64,000 bases of DNA from an uncultured Chloroflexia bacterium (GTDB lineage Bacteria; Chloroflexota; Limnocylindria; Limnocylindrales; CSP1-4), in NCBI GenBank assembly GCA_963768655.1, contig CAVYIM010000003.1, forward strand, positions 384,001 through 448,000. The letters run 5' to 3'. The notes beneath the pieces were generated by a model that saw only the letters and a list, made by a program, of their open reading frames with translations, searched no databases and was not told where the DNA came from. The first letter of the stretch is position 1; every line of letters starts with the position of its first letter. The position numbers were made by a program, and so were the translations under genes. Below, piece by piece: positions 9,088 to 18,016 of this stretch.

Positions 9088-9597
9088 ATGAGCCCATTTC
9101 GGCCGGACCTGGTGGATGTCTGGATCTTCCGTGTGGCTGCGGCGGCCCGTGGCCGGGCCGGCCTCGAGATCCTTCTTCTTCGGCGTGCGCCGGCCAAGCA
9201 TGTTCTGCCCGGACTGTGGCAATGCGTGTCCGGCGGCCTGGAGGCCGACGAGTCGATCGCAGCCGGAGCTCTGCGCGAGCTGGCCGAAGAGACGGGTTTC
9301 GGCGCGGCCGAAATCGAAGCCTTCTTCGAGCTGGACCAGATCAACCAGTTCCACGAGCCCGCCGTCGGCGCGATCCTGTCAAGCGCCGTCTTTGCCGTCC
9401 GCGTCCGGCCTGACGCGGAACCGACCATCTCCTGGGAGCACGACGCGATGCGCTGGGTCTCCCCGGCCGAGGCTCTGTCCATGTCCGTCTGGCCGGCCTA
9501 CCGCGAGTCGCTCCGGCGGATCGAGGAGAACCTGCTGGATCCGGAAAGGGCCATCTGGTTCGAGCTGACGCTCGACGGGCAGCGAGCCAGACGGTAG
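9088..9597 (+). CDS. NUDIX hydrolase
   Basis: Nudix box GGLEADESIAAGALRELAEETG; WQCVSG and EH..RW features of the NudB-like group. Confidence 0.9.
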   Translation: MSPFRPDLVDVWIFRVAAAARGRAGLEILLLRRAPAKHVLPGLWQCVSGGLEADESIAAGALRELAEETGFGAAEIEAFFELDQINQFHEPAVGAILSSAVFAVRVRPDAEPTISWEHDAMRWVSPAEALSMSVWPAYRESLRRIEENLLDPERAIWFELTLDGQRARR

Positions 9598-9676
9598 ATC
9601 TGGCGCCGGCGGCAATTCCGCGCCAGACTTGGACCGGCCGATACCCGTTTCGGTCGCCCCGAGCCTCTTATGTGAT

Positions 9677-10231
9677 GTGAGGATCATCACGGCACCGCTC
9701 GACGAAGATCAGGACCAGACCGCGGCGGCAGGGCTGCCTCGGACGATGTCTGCGCTGGCGCCAGCTCCGGAGTGGGTCGCCTCGTTGCACGTCCACGGTC
9801 CGCTGCTGCTGGCCGCGGCTCGGGCGATAACCCGGGACGAGGCCGAAGCGGAGGACCTGGTCCAGACGACTTTCGAGCGGGCGCTCCGTGCGGCGCCGAC
9901 GATCAGGGACTCGCGCGCGATCCGCGCCTGGCTCCTGACCGTCCAGACGCACGAGGCGCTGCGAGTCGTGCGGCGACTTCGTCGAACGCTCCGGCTCGAC
10001 CCGGAGGTCCATGAGCTGCCGATCGGCGGCCCGGACTCCTCCGCATCGATCGAGATCGACGAGGCGCTGGGGCGCCTGTCGCGCCCGATCCGAGCCGCCG
10101 TCGTCCTCCACCACATGGTCGGACTCTCCGTGCGCGAAACGGCCGATGCCATGGGCGTCACGGAGAACACAGCCAAGGCCCGGCTCAAGACCGGCCTGGC
10201 GCGACTCCGGGAGCTGCTCGATGAACGCTGA
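9677..10231 (+). CDS. ECF RNA polymerase sigma factor (start uncertain: GTG 9677 or ATG 9746)
   Basis: EAEDLVQTTFERA, AWLL; region 4 VVLHHMVGLSVRETADAMG..NTAKARL. Confidence 0.88.
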   Translation: MRIITAPLDEDQDQTAAAGLPRTMSALAPAPEWVASLHVHGPLLLAAARAITRDEAEAEDLVQTTFERALRAAPTIRDSRAIRAWLLTVQTHEALRVVRRLRRTLRLDPEVHELPIGGPDSSASIEIDEALGRLSRPIRAAVVLHHMVGLSVRETADAMGVTENTAKARLKTGLARLRELLDER

Positions 10232-11798
10232 CACGCGCGGCGGCGCTTCCGCCGGCGACAATCTGGAGGATCGACTGTCCGGCCGGTTCGCGGCCGAATT
10301 GGACCGGGCCGAGCGGGACTACCCCGCCCTGCGCGAGAAGCTGGTCGAGAGCGTGCCGGCCGCCCGGGCCCGGCGAGGGCTGTGGCCCAGGATCGCGCTG
10401 CCGATCACGTCGGCCGCGGTCCTGGCGATCGCGGTCCTCGCCGGCGCGGGGCTGTTGTCCGGCTCCACGACGGGCCCAGGTGTCGGGTCCGTGCCCTCTG
10501 TCACGTCCGGACCGGCATCTTCCGGCGTAGTGATGGGCGCCGACGGCATCCCGACGCAGATCGACGGCCAGCACGTCTACCGCGTCACCGACCAGGCCTC
10601 GTTCCCCACCTCGGGCAGCTTCCTGCTGGCCGGGTACGGGCTCGACTTCGTCATGGCGTGCCCGACGGGGCTGCCCCAGCCATCGGCCGAGGTCGACCTT
10701 CTCGGCCAGTGCGGCGGCGTCGAGCTGGCGCCGCACGCCAACGAGAACCCCGGCCCGGGCTTGCTAATGCTGGCACCCCAGGGGAGCTCGCTTGTTGGCT
10801 GGCTCGGCGGACCGGCGATAGTGGTTCGCGTCCACACCCACGACCCCGAGGCTGCCCAGTGCAGCTCCAGCGAGCAGTCCGCCTGCGAAGCCGCCCTCGT
10901 CGTGGAGGCGGTCGTCTGGCCCACCGTGCCGACCCAGATCGACGGTGAGCGCGTCTATCGCGCCGCCGACCAGGCCTCGTTCCCGACCTCGGGCAGCTTC
11001 CTGCTGGGCGGGCCGTTCACCAAGCCGGAATTCATGCCGCCCTGCCCGATGCAGGCGAACGAGACGACCGCCGAGCAGCAGCTGATCCCGTACTGCTACA
11101 TCCTCTCGATCGACGGCCTCGAGCTCACGCCGATGAGCAACATCGACGAGCCCAATGGCGAGATCGTCGTCGCCCGCGTCCACATCGACGACCCGCTGGC
11201 GGCCCAATGCCCGGCCAGCGATCGGGAGGAGTGCCAGGCCGGCATCGTCGTCGAGTCGGTGGTCTGGCACGGCGCAAAGCCCGTGACCAGCGCCTCGCCC
11301 ACGCCGGGTGAGACCGGCAGCCTGAATCCGGTCTCGGCCGTGAGTGCAGGGCCGATTACATCCGTGAGTACAGGGCCGGTCGCATCCACCGGATCGGGCG
11401 CTACCGGATCTGGGGCCGTTATCGGGCCCGACGGCGTGCCAACCGCGCTCGACGGGCAGAAGGTCTATCGGGCGGCCGACCTGCCTTCGTCGCCGATCTT
11501 CCTGCTCGGCGGCAAGCTGACCCTCGACACCGCCTGCGCGGCCCCGACCACGCCCCAGGCACAGCCATCTGCCTGCGGCTACTGGATGATCGACGGCGTG
11601 CGCGCGGTCGGGACGACCAATATCGTGCCGGAGTTTCTGTTTGGTCAGCCGGTCGTGGCCCAGGTCGAGCTCGGTCGCGCGCTGGCCGTCTGCCCGGGTG
11701 GATCGTGCACAAAGGACACGCTCGTCATCTTGTCGATTCTCTGGCCGTTGCCTTCTGTCACGACTCCGCCTCCACCGCTAGCCCCTTCCCCGTCCTGA
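10221..11798 (+). CDS. Single-pass membrane protein, putative anti-sigma factor with three extracytoplasmic 4-Cys repeats
   Basis: Overlaps sigma 3' end; helical N-terminus (LEDRL), TM helix, three PTxxDGxxVYR...FLLxG...WP/H repeats. Confidence 0.75.
   Translation: MNADTRGGASAGDNLEDRLSGRFAAELDRAERDYPALREKLVESVPAARARRGLWPRIALPITSAAVLAIAVLAGAGLLSGSTTGPGVGSVPSVTSGPASSGVVMGADGIPTQIDGQHVYRVTDQASFPTSGSFLLAGYGLDFVMACPTGLPQPSAEVDLLGQCGGVELAPHANENPGPGLLMLAPQGSSLVGWLGGPAIVVRVHTHDPEAAQCSSSEQSACEAALVVEAVVWPTVPTQIDGERVYRAADQASFPTSGSFLLGGPFTKPEFMPPCPMQANETTAEQQLIPYCYILSIDGLELTPMSNIDEPNGEIVVARVHIDDPLAAQCPASDREECQAGIVVESVVWHGAKPVTSASPTPGETGSLNPVSAVSAGPITSVSTGPVASTGSGATGSGAVIGPDGVPTALDGQKVYRAADLPSSPIFLLGGKLTLDTACAAPTTPQAQPSACGYWMIDGVRAVGTTNIVPEFLFGQPVVAQVELGRALAVCPGGSCTKDTLVILSILWPLPSVTTPPPPLAPSPS
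10545..11745 (+). repeat. Three internal ~105-127 aa repeats (starts 10545, 10926, 11433)
   Basis: GIPTQIDGQHVYR / VPTQIDGERVYR / GVPTALDGQKVYR; repeats 1 and 2 share a near-identical 40-nt stretch gaccaggcctcgttcccSacctcgggcagcttcctgctgg. Confidence 0.85.
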
Positions 11799-11921
11799 CG
11801 CGTTCGGTCCGTTCGAGCCCTTCGGGCGCACCCTGAACCATCCCGGGCGGCCCCGCTGTCTCTTGGCCGATGCCCGATGATTAGGCCAACGCCAAAGCCG
11901 CGGCGACGCCCGGGAGGAACT

Positions 11922-12233
11922 ATGTACGTGACCCTGGTCAACGTTCACGTCAAGCCGGAGCACCTGGCCGAGTTCATCGACGCCACCCGCGCCAACCATG
12001 AGGGTTCGGTCCGCGAGCCGGGCAATCTCCGCTTCGACGTCCTGCAGTCGGTCGAGGATCCCACTCGCTTCATCCTGTACGAGGCCTATCGGGACGAGGC
12101 CGCGGCGAAGACGCACAAGGAGACGGTCCACTACGCCGCCTGGCGCGATGCCGCGACCGACTGGATGGCCGAGCCGCGAGTCGGGGTCCGGTACGACGGC
12201 CTCTTTCCCGCGGTGCCAGACAGGGGCCGGTAA
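11922..12233 (+). CDS. Antibiotic biosynthesis monooxygenase family protein (LsrG-like)
   Basis: MYVTLVNVHVKPE, EPGNLRFDVLQ, FILYEAY, HKETVHY; SD GGAGG. Confidence 0.88.
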   Translation: MYVTLVNVHVKPEHLAEFIDATRANHEGSVREPGNLRFDVLQSVEDPTRFILYEAYRDEAAAKTHKETVHYAAWRDAATDWMAEPRVGVRYDGLFPAVPDRGR

Positions 12234-12239
12234 CGCCGG

Positions 12240-13500
12240 ATGGAAGGCTTCGCTTACGTCTCGACGCTGCGGCTGCCGGAGATCGTCGCCGGGCCGGGAA
12301 AGGTCGCCGAGCTGCCCCGGATCGTCCGCGGCTTCGGGCGGCGGGCCCTCGTGGTCGTTCGGCGGCCGGGCTTCACCGAAGGCGAAGACTGGGCTCGAAT
12401 TCGAGGCGAGCCTCACGGCGGCCGGCCTCAAATTCGAGGTCGAAGGCGTCTCGGGCGAGCCTTCGCCGGCGCTGGTCGACGGGATCGCCGCGCGTGTTCG
12501 TGGGCGCGGGCTGGGGCGCGGCGGCGCGAGCCGGGAGGCGCCCGGGCCGGTCGATGCGGTCGTCGGCATCGGCGGCGGCAGCGTCCTCGACACCGCCAAG
12601 GCGGTCGCCGGTCTGCTGATTCCTGGCAATTCGGTCATGGATCACCTGGAGGGGCTCCCGCCCGGTTTGCCTTACAGCGGCCCGGCGGTGCCGTTCGTAG
12701 CCGTTCCGACGACTGCCGGCACGGGCAGCGAGGCGACCAAGAATGCGGTCCTGAGTGTTCGCGGCCCGGGCGGCTTCAAGCGCTCCTTCCGCGACGAGGC
12801 GCTGATAGCCCGCGTCGCGATCCTGGACCCGGACCTGCTCCGGAGCTGCCCGCCGGAGCTGGTCGCCGCCAACGGCATGGATGCGCTGACCCAGCTGCTC
12901 GAGTCGTACCTCTCGACGCGGGCCAATCCCGTGGCCGACGGCCTGGCGCTGCGGGGTCTGGCAGCCGTCCGCGACGGGCTGCTCGCCTGGCACGAACTGG
13001 CGGTCGCGGGGCTGGGCGGCGCGACGGTCGCGGACGGCCCGCGCGCGGCGATGGCCACGGCGGCGCTCTGCTCGGGCATCTGCCTGGCCCAGACCGGGCT
13101 CGGCGCAGCGCACGGTGTAGCGTCTCCGCTGGGGGCGTCCTTCCCGATCCCGCACGGCGTCGCCTGCGGGGCGACGCTCGTGGCGGCGACACGCGTCAAC
13201 TTGGCGGCGCTGGAGCGGCGCGAGCCGGTGAACGTGGCACTGGGCCGATACGCCGGGTTGGGGCGGCTGCTCGGCGGGAGCAGTGCGGCCTCCCTCGCGG
13301 ACGGGGAGGCGCGCACGGCCCTGGTTCGGCTACTCGACGACTGGCGGGCCCGCCTCGCCGTTCCTCGGCTGTCCGCCTACGGCATCTCCGCGGCCGACAT
13401 CCCGGCCATCGTCGCCGACTCGCGCGGCAGCAGCATGAAGACCAACCCGATCCTGCTCGGCGACGACGAGATAGCCAGGATCCTGGTGGAGTCGCTCTAG
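12240..13500 (+). pseudogene. Iron-containing alcohol dehydrogenase, frameshifted near 12398 (pseudogene or assembly error)
   Basis: N-terminus (LPEIVAGPGK..GRRALVV) in frame of 12240; remainder (GEPS, GGGSVLDTAKA, PTTAGTGSEAT, GMDALTQ, HG..HG) in frame of 11998; removing one A in cgaattc joins them. Confidence 0.85.
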
Positions 13501-13575
13501 AGTCAGCCCGCCGCCGCGATGACCGCCGCCGCAGCCTTCGAGCGCGGCCTGTGGACAACCCCGCCGGCGAGGCAG

Positions 13576-14553
13576 CTACCGGAACGCCGGCAACACCTCG
13601 GCGGCCAGGTACTCGAGGATGTCGGTCGTGGCCAGGCCGGGCAAGTCCGAGACGATGATGTAGTCCATGCCGGCGTCGATCAGGCGGCCATACGTGTCGA
13701 TGACCTCCTGCGGGCCGCCCACGATGGCGTGGGTCTTGTACTCCGCAAGGGACTGGTCGCGCCGGTATCGCTTCGTCAGCGCATCCGGATCGTCGCCCGC
13801 CCGCAAGAGAGTGGTCTCGACGTTGGCGGAATGGATCAGCGTCGCCGGGTCGCGGTTGAAGGTCTCGCAGTGGGCGCGGACCACGTCGAGCTTGTGGCGG
13901 TAGTAGTCCATGTCGTCGAGATGGCCGCCGAGGTTGATGGCGTCGCCGTACTGGGCGGCCAGCTTGAGCGTCACCTTCTCGCCGCTGCCGCCGATCCAGA
14001 TCGGAGGATGCGGCTTCTGGACGCCCTTCGGCTCATTGATCGCGCCGGAGATCGTGTAGTAGTTGCCGTCGAACGAGGCGTAGGGCTCGGTCCACATCGC
14101 CTCGATCAGCGGCAACGCCTCGGCCAGCATCCGCAGCCGCTCGCCCGGCGTGGGCGGGTACTCGTATCCGTAGGCCCGGTACTCGTGCTCGTACCAGCCG
14201 GCCCCGATCCCGAAGTCGAGCCGGCCGTGGCTCAGCACGTCGACCGTCGAGGCCATCTTCGCCATCAGCGCCGGGTTGCGGTAGCCGTTGCAGGTGACCA
14301 TCTGGCCGAGGCGGATCGTCCTGGTGTCGCGGGCCAGGGCCGCCGTCGAGGTCCAGCACTCGAAGGTCGTCTCGAGCACCGGCTTGTAATAGGTGTGGAA
14401 GTGGTCGAAGAGCCAGATCGAGTCAAAACCTAGGCGCTCGGCCGTTCGGGCGACCCGGCTCATCGTCTCGTATTGCTCGATCGGGTCCTCGATGTCGACC
14501 AGGTCGAGGATCCAGCCCTGGGGCACGAAAAGACCGAACCGAACTGGCGCCAT
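13576..14553 (-). CDS. LLM-class (luciferase-like) F420-dependent oxidoreductase
   Basis: FGLFVPQGW, FDSIWLFDHFH, YRNPALMAKMASTVD, GIGAGW, IWIGGSGEK. Confidence 0.92.
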   Translation of the reverse strand: MAPVRFGLFVPQGWILDLVDIEDPIEQYETMSRVARTAERLGFDSIWLFDHFHTYYKPVLETTFECWTSTAALARDTRTIRLGQMVTCNGYRNPALMAKMASTVDVLSHGRLDFGIGAGWYEHEYRAYGYEYPPTPGERLRMLAEALPLIEAMWTEPYASFDGNYYTISGAINEPKGVQKPHPPIWIGGSGEKVTLKLAAQYGDAINLGGHLDDMDYYRHKLDVVRAHCETFNRDPATLIHSANVETTLLRAGDDPDALTKRYRRDQSLAEYKTHAIVGGPQEVIDTYGRLIDAGMDYIIVSDLPGLATTDILEYLAAEVLPAFR

Positions 14554-14675
14554 GACTATCCTCCGATGGCGGCGATTGCCCGTAACGATAGCGCCCCGGC
14601 AGGCCGGGAGAATGACCTCGAGTCCATCTGGCGGCCGGGCCCAGGGCGCTGTAACCTCCGCATGCCATCGCGAAT

Positions 14676-14848
14676 AGAGCCGCTCGTTTCAGGGAAGCCG
14701 GTGCGAAACCGGCGCTGTCGCGCAACTGTGAGCGAGGAGCGGCTGGCCAGTCGTCGCGGGCGGAGTCCGCGACATGCCACTGGGCGAATGCCCGGGAAGG
14801 CGGCCAGCAGCAGCGATCCGCAAGCCAGGAGACCTGACCGAACGGCGC
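14676..14848 (+). ncRNA. Cobalamin (AdoCbl) riboswitch
   Basis: agggaagccggtgcgaaaccggcgctgtcgcgcaactgtga, gccactggg..gggaaggc and B12 box aagccaggagacctg, upstream of an ECF transporter operon. Confidence 0.93.
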
Positions 14849-14880
14849 ACGTCACCCACCTGCGCGGATCGGATGGGAGG

Positions 14881-14927
14881 CCTCCGGCGGCGAGGTCCCC
14901 TCCGGCAGGCGGGCAGGCCGCCGGAGG
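14881..14927 (+). promoter_or_regulatory. SD-sequestering hairpin (riboswitch expression platform)
   Basis: Perfect 11-bp inverted repeat cctccggcggc (14881-14891) / gccgccggagg (14917-14927) covering the GGAGG SD of the ATG at 14932. Confidence 0.75.
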
Positions 14928-14931
14928 AAGA

Positions 14932-16347
14932 ATGCGAAGACTGGTCGTCGCCAGCGCGATACTGGCGACACTCCTCATCGCCCCGCTGGGCCCGGCGGCC
15001 GCGCGCCCCATCTCTGCGTCCCAACCGACCGATTCCGAACGGGCGGCGGAAGCGCTCGCGTACCTTTGGGAGGGCCAGTTCCCGGACGGTTCCGTGGACC
15101 ACTCCCTCGGCGAAACGGCCGACTTCGTGATCGGGACCGCCGCCGCGGGCTACGATCCGACCGCTCTCCTCGATTGCACGCAGGCCGCCACGGCGCTTGA
15201 CTACCTCGCGACCGCGTCCGACGCCGCGGCCGGCAACGCGGCGAAGACGGGCAAGACGATCCTGGCGGTCGTCGCGGCCGGCGGAGATCCGGCCAGCTTC
15301 GCCGGCCGCAACCTCGTGGCCCGGATCGGGGCGCTATACCACTCCGCCGACGGCATGTACGGCGACGGCTCCACGTTCAGTCAGTCGTTCGCGATCCTGG
15401 CGGTGGTGGCATCGGGCGGTTCGGTGCCGGCGAAGGCAATCGGCGAGCTCGAGGCTCTGCAGGACGGCGACGGCAGCTGGAGCTACGGCTCCGCGCCCGT
15501 TGCCGCGGGCGGCGGCGACACCAATTCGACGGCCATCGCGCTCATGGCGCTGGACACGGCGGGAGACCATTCGGCCGACGCCACGGCCCTTGCCTACCTC
15601 CACACACAGCAGCTCGCCGACGGCGGCTTTCCGTACCAGAAGCCGTCCGCGTACGGCACTCCAGCCAGCGATCCCGACTCCGACGCGATGGTTCTCCAGG
15701 CGCTCGTGGCTGCCGGACAGGACCCCGACGGCGCCGCCTGGTTGCAGGGCGGCAACTCAGTCCTGACACAGCTGCGGTCGACTCAGGCCGGCGACGGTGC
15801 GTTCGCCTACCCCGGCCAGGACGCCAACGCGTTCACGACGAGCCAGGTTCCGGCCGCTCTCTCGCGGGTTCCCTATGGCGGCGCGGTCCACTGGACGGCC
15901 GGCCGAATGCCGCCGCACCAATGCATCGACGGGGGCGAAACCGCCACTCCTCATGCGACGGCGACGCCGAAGCCGACCGTTCGACCGACGCCGAAGCCGA
16001 CCGTTCGACCGACGCCGAAGCCGACCGTTCGACCGACGCTGGCTCCGACGCCTGCTCCGACACCAAGCCCGATCGCACCGACCGACACGCCGGAGCCGAC
16101 GCCGGCGGCGACCGCCGCTCCCATCCCGACCGAGGAGCCCGCCCCGACCGAGGCGTCCGGCGCGACGGAAGAGGTCGAGGGCGCGACCTTCGTTGCGGCG
16201 GTCACTGGCGGCTCGACTCCCGGCCCGTCCGGCCCCTCGGACCAATCGGCTCCGCCGGTGCTCCTGTACGGCGTGGCCGCGCTGCTGGGGCTGATCGTCG
16301 TGCTCGGTGGTGGCTGGCTCTACATGACAAGGCCGTGGCAGCGCTGA
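14932..16347 (+). CDS. Surface protein with prenyltransferase/squalene-oxidase (alpha/alpha barrel) repeats, PT linker and C-terminal TM anchor
   Basis: Signal peptide; repeats QFPDG, LQDGDGSW, QQLADGGF, TQAGDGAF with DxNST/DPDSDA helices; first gene after the B12 riboswitch. Confidence 0.85.
   Translation: MRRLVVASAILATLLIAPLGPAAARPISASQPTDSERAAEALAYLWEGQFPDGSVDHSLGETADFVIGTAAAGYDPTALLDCTQAATALDYLATASDAAAGNAAKTGKTILAVVAAGGDPASFAGRNLVARIGALYHSADGMYGDGSTFSQSFAILAVVASGGSVPAKAIGELEALQDGDGSWSYGSAPVAAGGGDTNSTAIALMALDTAGDHSADATALAYLHTQQLADGGFPYQKPSAYGTPASDPDSDAMVLQALVAAGQDPDGAAWLQGGNSVLTQLRSTQAGDGAFAYPGQDANAFTTSQVPAALSRVPYGGAVHWTAGRMPPHQCIDGGETATPHATATPKPTVRPTPKPTVRPTPKPTVRPTLAPTPAPTPSPIAPTDTPEPTPAATAAPIPTEEPAPTEASGATEEVEGATFVAAVTGGSTPGPSGPSDQSAPPVLLYGVAALLGLIVVLGGGWLYMTRPWQR
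15962..16039 (+). repeat. 24-bp tandem repeat x3 encoding a PTPKPTVR linker
   Basis: cgacgccgaagccgaccgttcgac repeated three times plus a partial copy, in frame. Confidence 0.9.
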
Positions 16348-17117
16348 TGCGTCGTCTCTCCCTGGTGCTGCCCGTCGCGATCCTGGCGGCGCTCGCTTGG
16401 CTCGCGCCCGTGGCACCGGTCGTGCCGACCTGCGCCGCCGCGGGCCCGGATCGTGCGGCGCTGGTCGTGGAGCACGGCGACGGCTCCGTCGTGACCCGCT
16501 GCGTCGCCTTCGACGCGGGCTCCATCTCGGGCGAGGAACTCCTGAACCGGTCAGGCGTGGCGTGGTCGAGCCGGACGTTCGGTGGCTTCGGCGACGCCGT
16601 GTGCGCCCTCGACGGAGAGCCGGCTCGCTACGTCGACTGCCCCGGCAAGGACAGCTACTGGGCCGTCTTCGTGGCTCGCGGCGGAGGATCGTGGCAGCTC
16701 GCGGACGTGGGAATCTCGACCCTCCAGCTTCACGACGGCGACGCCGAGGGCTTCCGCTACGTGCCCGCTTCCGGGGTTCCGGCGGCGCCGGTCTCGGCCG
16801 GCGGAGTATGCGCGGCCGTGGCGACGCCGACCGCTCGCCGATCCGTGGCGACCGTCGCCTCGACACCGCCCGCGGCCGTGGCGACACCGGCCGCGGTGGC
16901 GACGCCCGCGGCCGCTTCCACAGAGACCCCGCCCGCCCCGGCATCTACCCTCGCGGCCGCCACCACGGCGACTGCCACTACGTCGCCGCCGCAGGCCCCG
17001 GCTCCGACTCCGTCCGGCGGCGCCGACCTGGGCCTGTTCGCGAGTGCCCTCGCCGGCGGGGGGCTGTCCGGACTGGCGATCCTCAGGCTCGTCGCCGGTC
17101 GGCGTACGGGTCCGTGA
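16347..17117 (+). CDS. Secreted/membrane-anchored protein with DUF4430/transcobalamin beta-domain-like region
   Basis: TGATG coupling; signal peptide; RAALVVEHGDG..CV, SGEELL, FGDAVCALDG, SYWAVF, W..ADVG, DGDAEGFRY; AT-rich linker; C-terminal TM. Confidence 0.75.
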   Translation: MRRLSLVLPVAILAALAWLAPVAPVVPTCAAAGPDRAALVVEHGDGSVVTRCVAFDAGSISGEELLNRSGVAWSSRTFGGFGDAVCALDGEPARYVDCPGKDSYWAVFVARGGGSWQLADVGISTLQLHDGDAEGFRYVPASGVPAAPVSAGGVCAAVATPTARRSVATVASTPPAAVATPAAVATPAAASTETPPAPASTLAAATTATATTSPPQAPAPTPSGGADLGLFASALAGGGLSGLAILRLVAGRRTGP

Positions 17118-18016
17118 CCGGCGGCCCCGGCTCGGGCGCCGTCGTGGTCCCCGCGCCCGCGCCCGGCGCAGGCCTCGCGCCGCGCGCCTGGCTCGTCTGG
17201 TCGATCGCGGCCGTGACGGTCGCCCTCGTCACCGACAACCCGGTCTACCGCGGGCTGGTCGCCCTCGTCGCGCTCGACGTCGTGCTGGCGTGGCTGCCAC
17301 CGGGGCGGCGGCTGAGGCCGCTCGCGCTGGCCGTGGCGCTCGTCGCGGCGCTGGCGGCGCTCATCAACATCCTCGCCAGCCACACCGGCGCAGATGTCTT
17401 CGCGCGCCTGCCCGACGGCTTGCCCCTGGCCGGCGGTCCGCTGACACTCGAATCGCTGGCGTTCGGCGGCGCGATCGGGCTCGGCCTGGTGGCCGCGCTT
17501 CTCTCGGTGGCGCCACTGTCGCTGGTCCTCGAGCCTCATGACGTCGTCGAGGCGATGCCCGCAGCGTTGGAGCGGACCGGGATCGCCGTGGCGACATCGC
17601 TGAACCTGGTCTCGGGTTTCGGGCGGACCTTCACCGAGGTTCGCGATGCCCAGCGGATGCGAGGCTGGAAACCGGGCGGGCTGCGATCCTGGAACGAGGT
17701 CCTCGTCCCGGTGGTCCTGACCGCGATCGAAGACTCGGTCCTCCTGGCCGAGTCGATGGAGGCCCGGGCGTTCGGGGCCGGGCGGCGGACGAGCTACGCC
17801 AGCGCGAGCTTCGGTGTGCGGGAGGCAGTCGTCATCGCCGCGGCCCTGGCGGCCGTGGCCGTGTTTGTCGGCCTGAGAGTCGCCGGAGCGCCGATGGACT
17901 GGTACCCGTATCCAACGCTTTCGCTGCCGCCAGTCCACCCGCTTGCGGTCGCAGGTTGCCTCGCCCTGGCGCTGCCGGCGTTTCGACTGCCGGCGCTTCG
18001 GAGCCGGCCGAGATGA
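17114..18016 (+). CDS. ECF transporter transmembrane T component (EcfT/CbiQ family)
   Basis: GTGA coupling; multiple TM helices; two conserved Arg motifs AQRMRG and SMEARAF. Confidence 0.88.
   Translation: MTGGPGSGAVVVPAPAPGAGLAPRAWLVWSIAAVTVALVTDNPVYRGLVALVALDVVLAWLPPGRRLRPLALAVALVAALAALINILASHTGADVFARLPDGLPLAGGPLTLESLAFGGAIGLGLVAALLSVAPLSLVLEPHDVVEAMPAALERTGIAVATSLNLVSGFGRTFTEVRDAQRMRGWKPGGLRSWNEVLVPVVLTAIEDSVLLAESMEARAFGAGRRTSYASASFGVREAVVIAAALAAVAVFVGLRVAGAPMDWYPYPTLSLPPVHPLAVAGCLALALPAFRLPALRSRPR

Noticed and set aside
12390-12405. Programmed ribosomal frameshift in the ADH gene
   Set aside because: No slippery heptamer; other isolated indels in the window point to assembly error or mutation
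15962-16039. 24-bp direct repeats as a possible CRISPR array
   Set aside because: Contiguous with no spacers and in frame within a Pro/Thr linker
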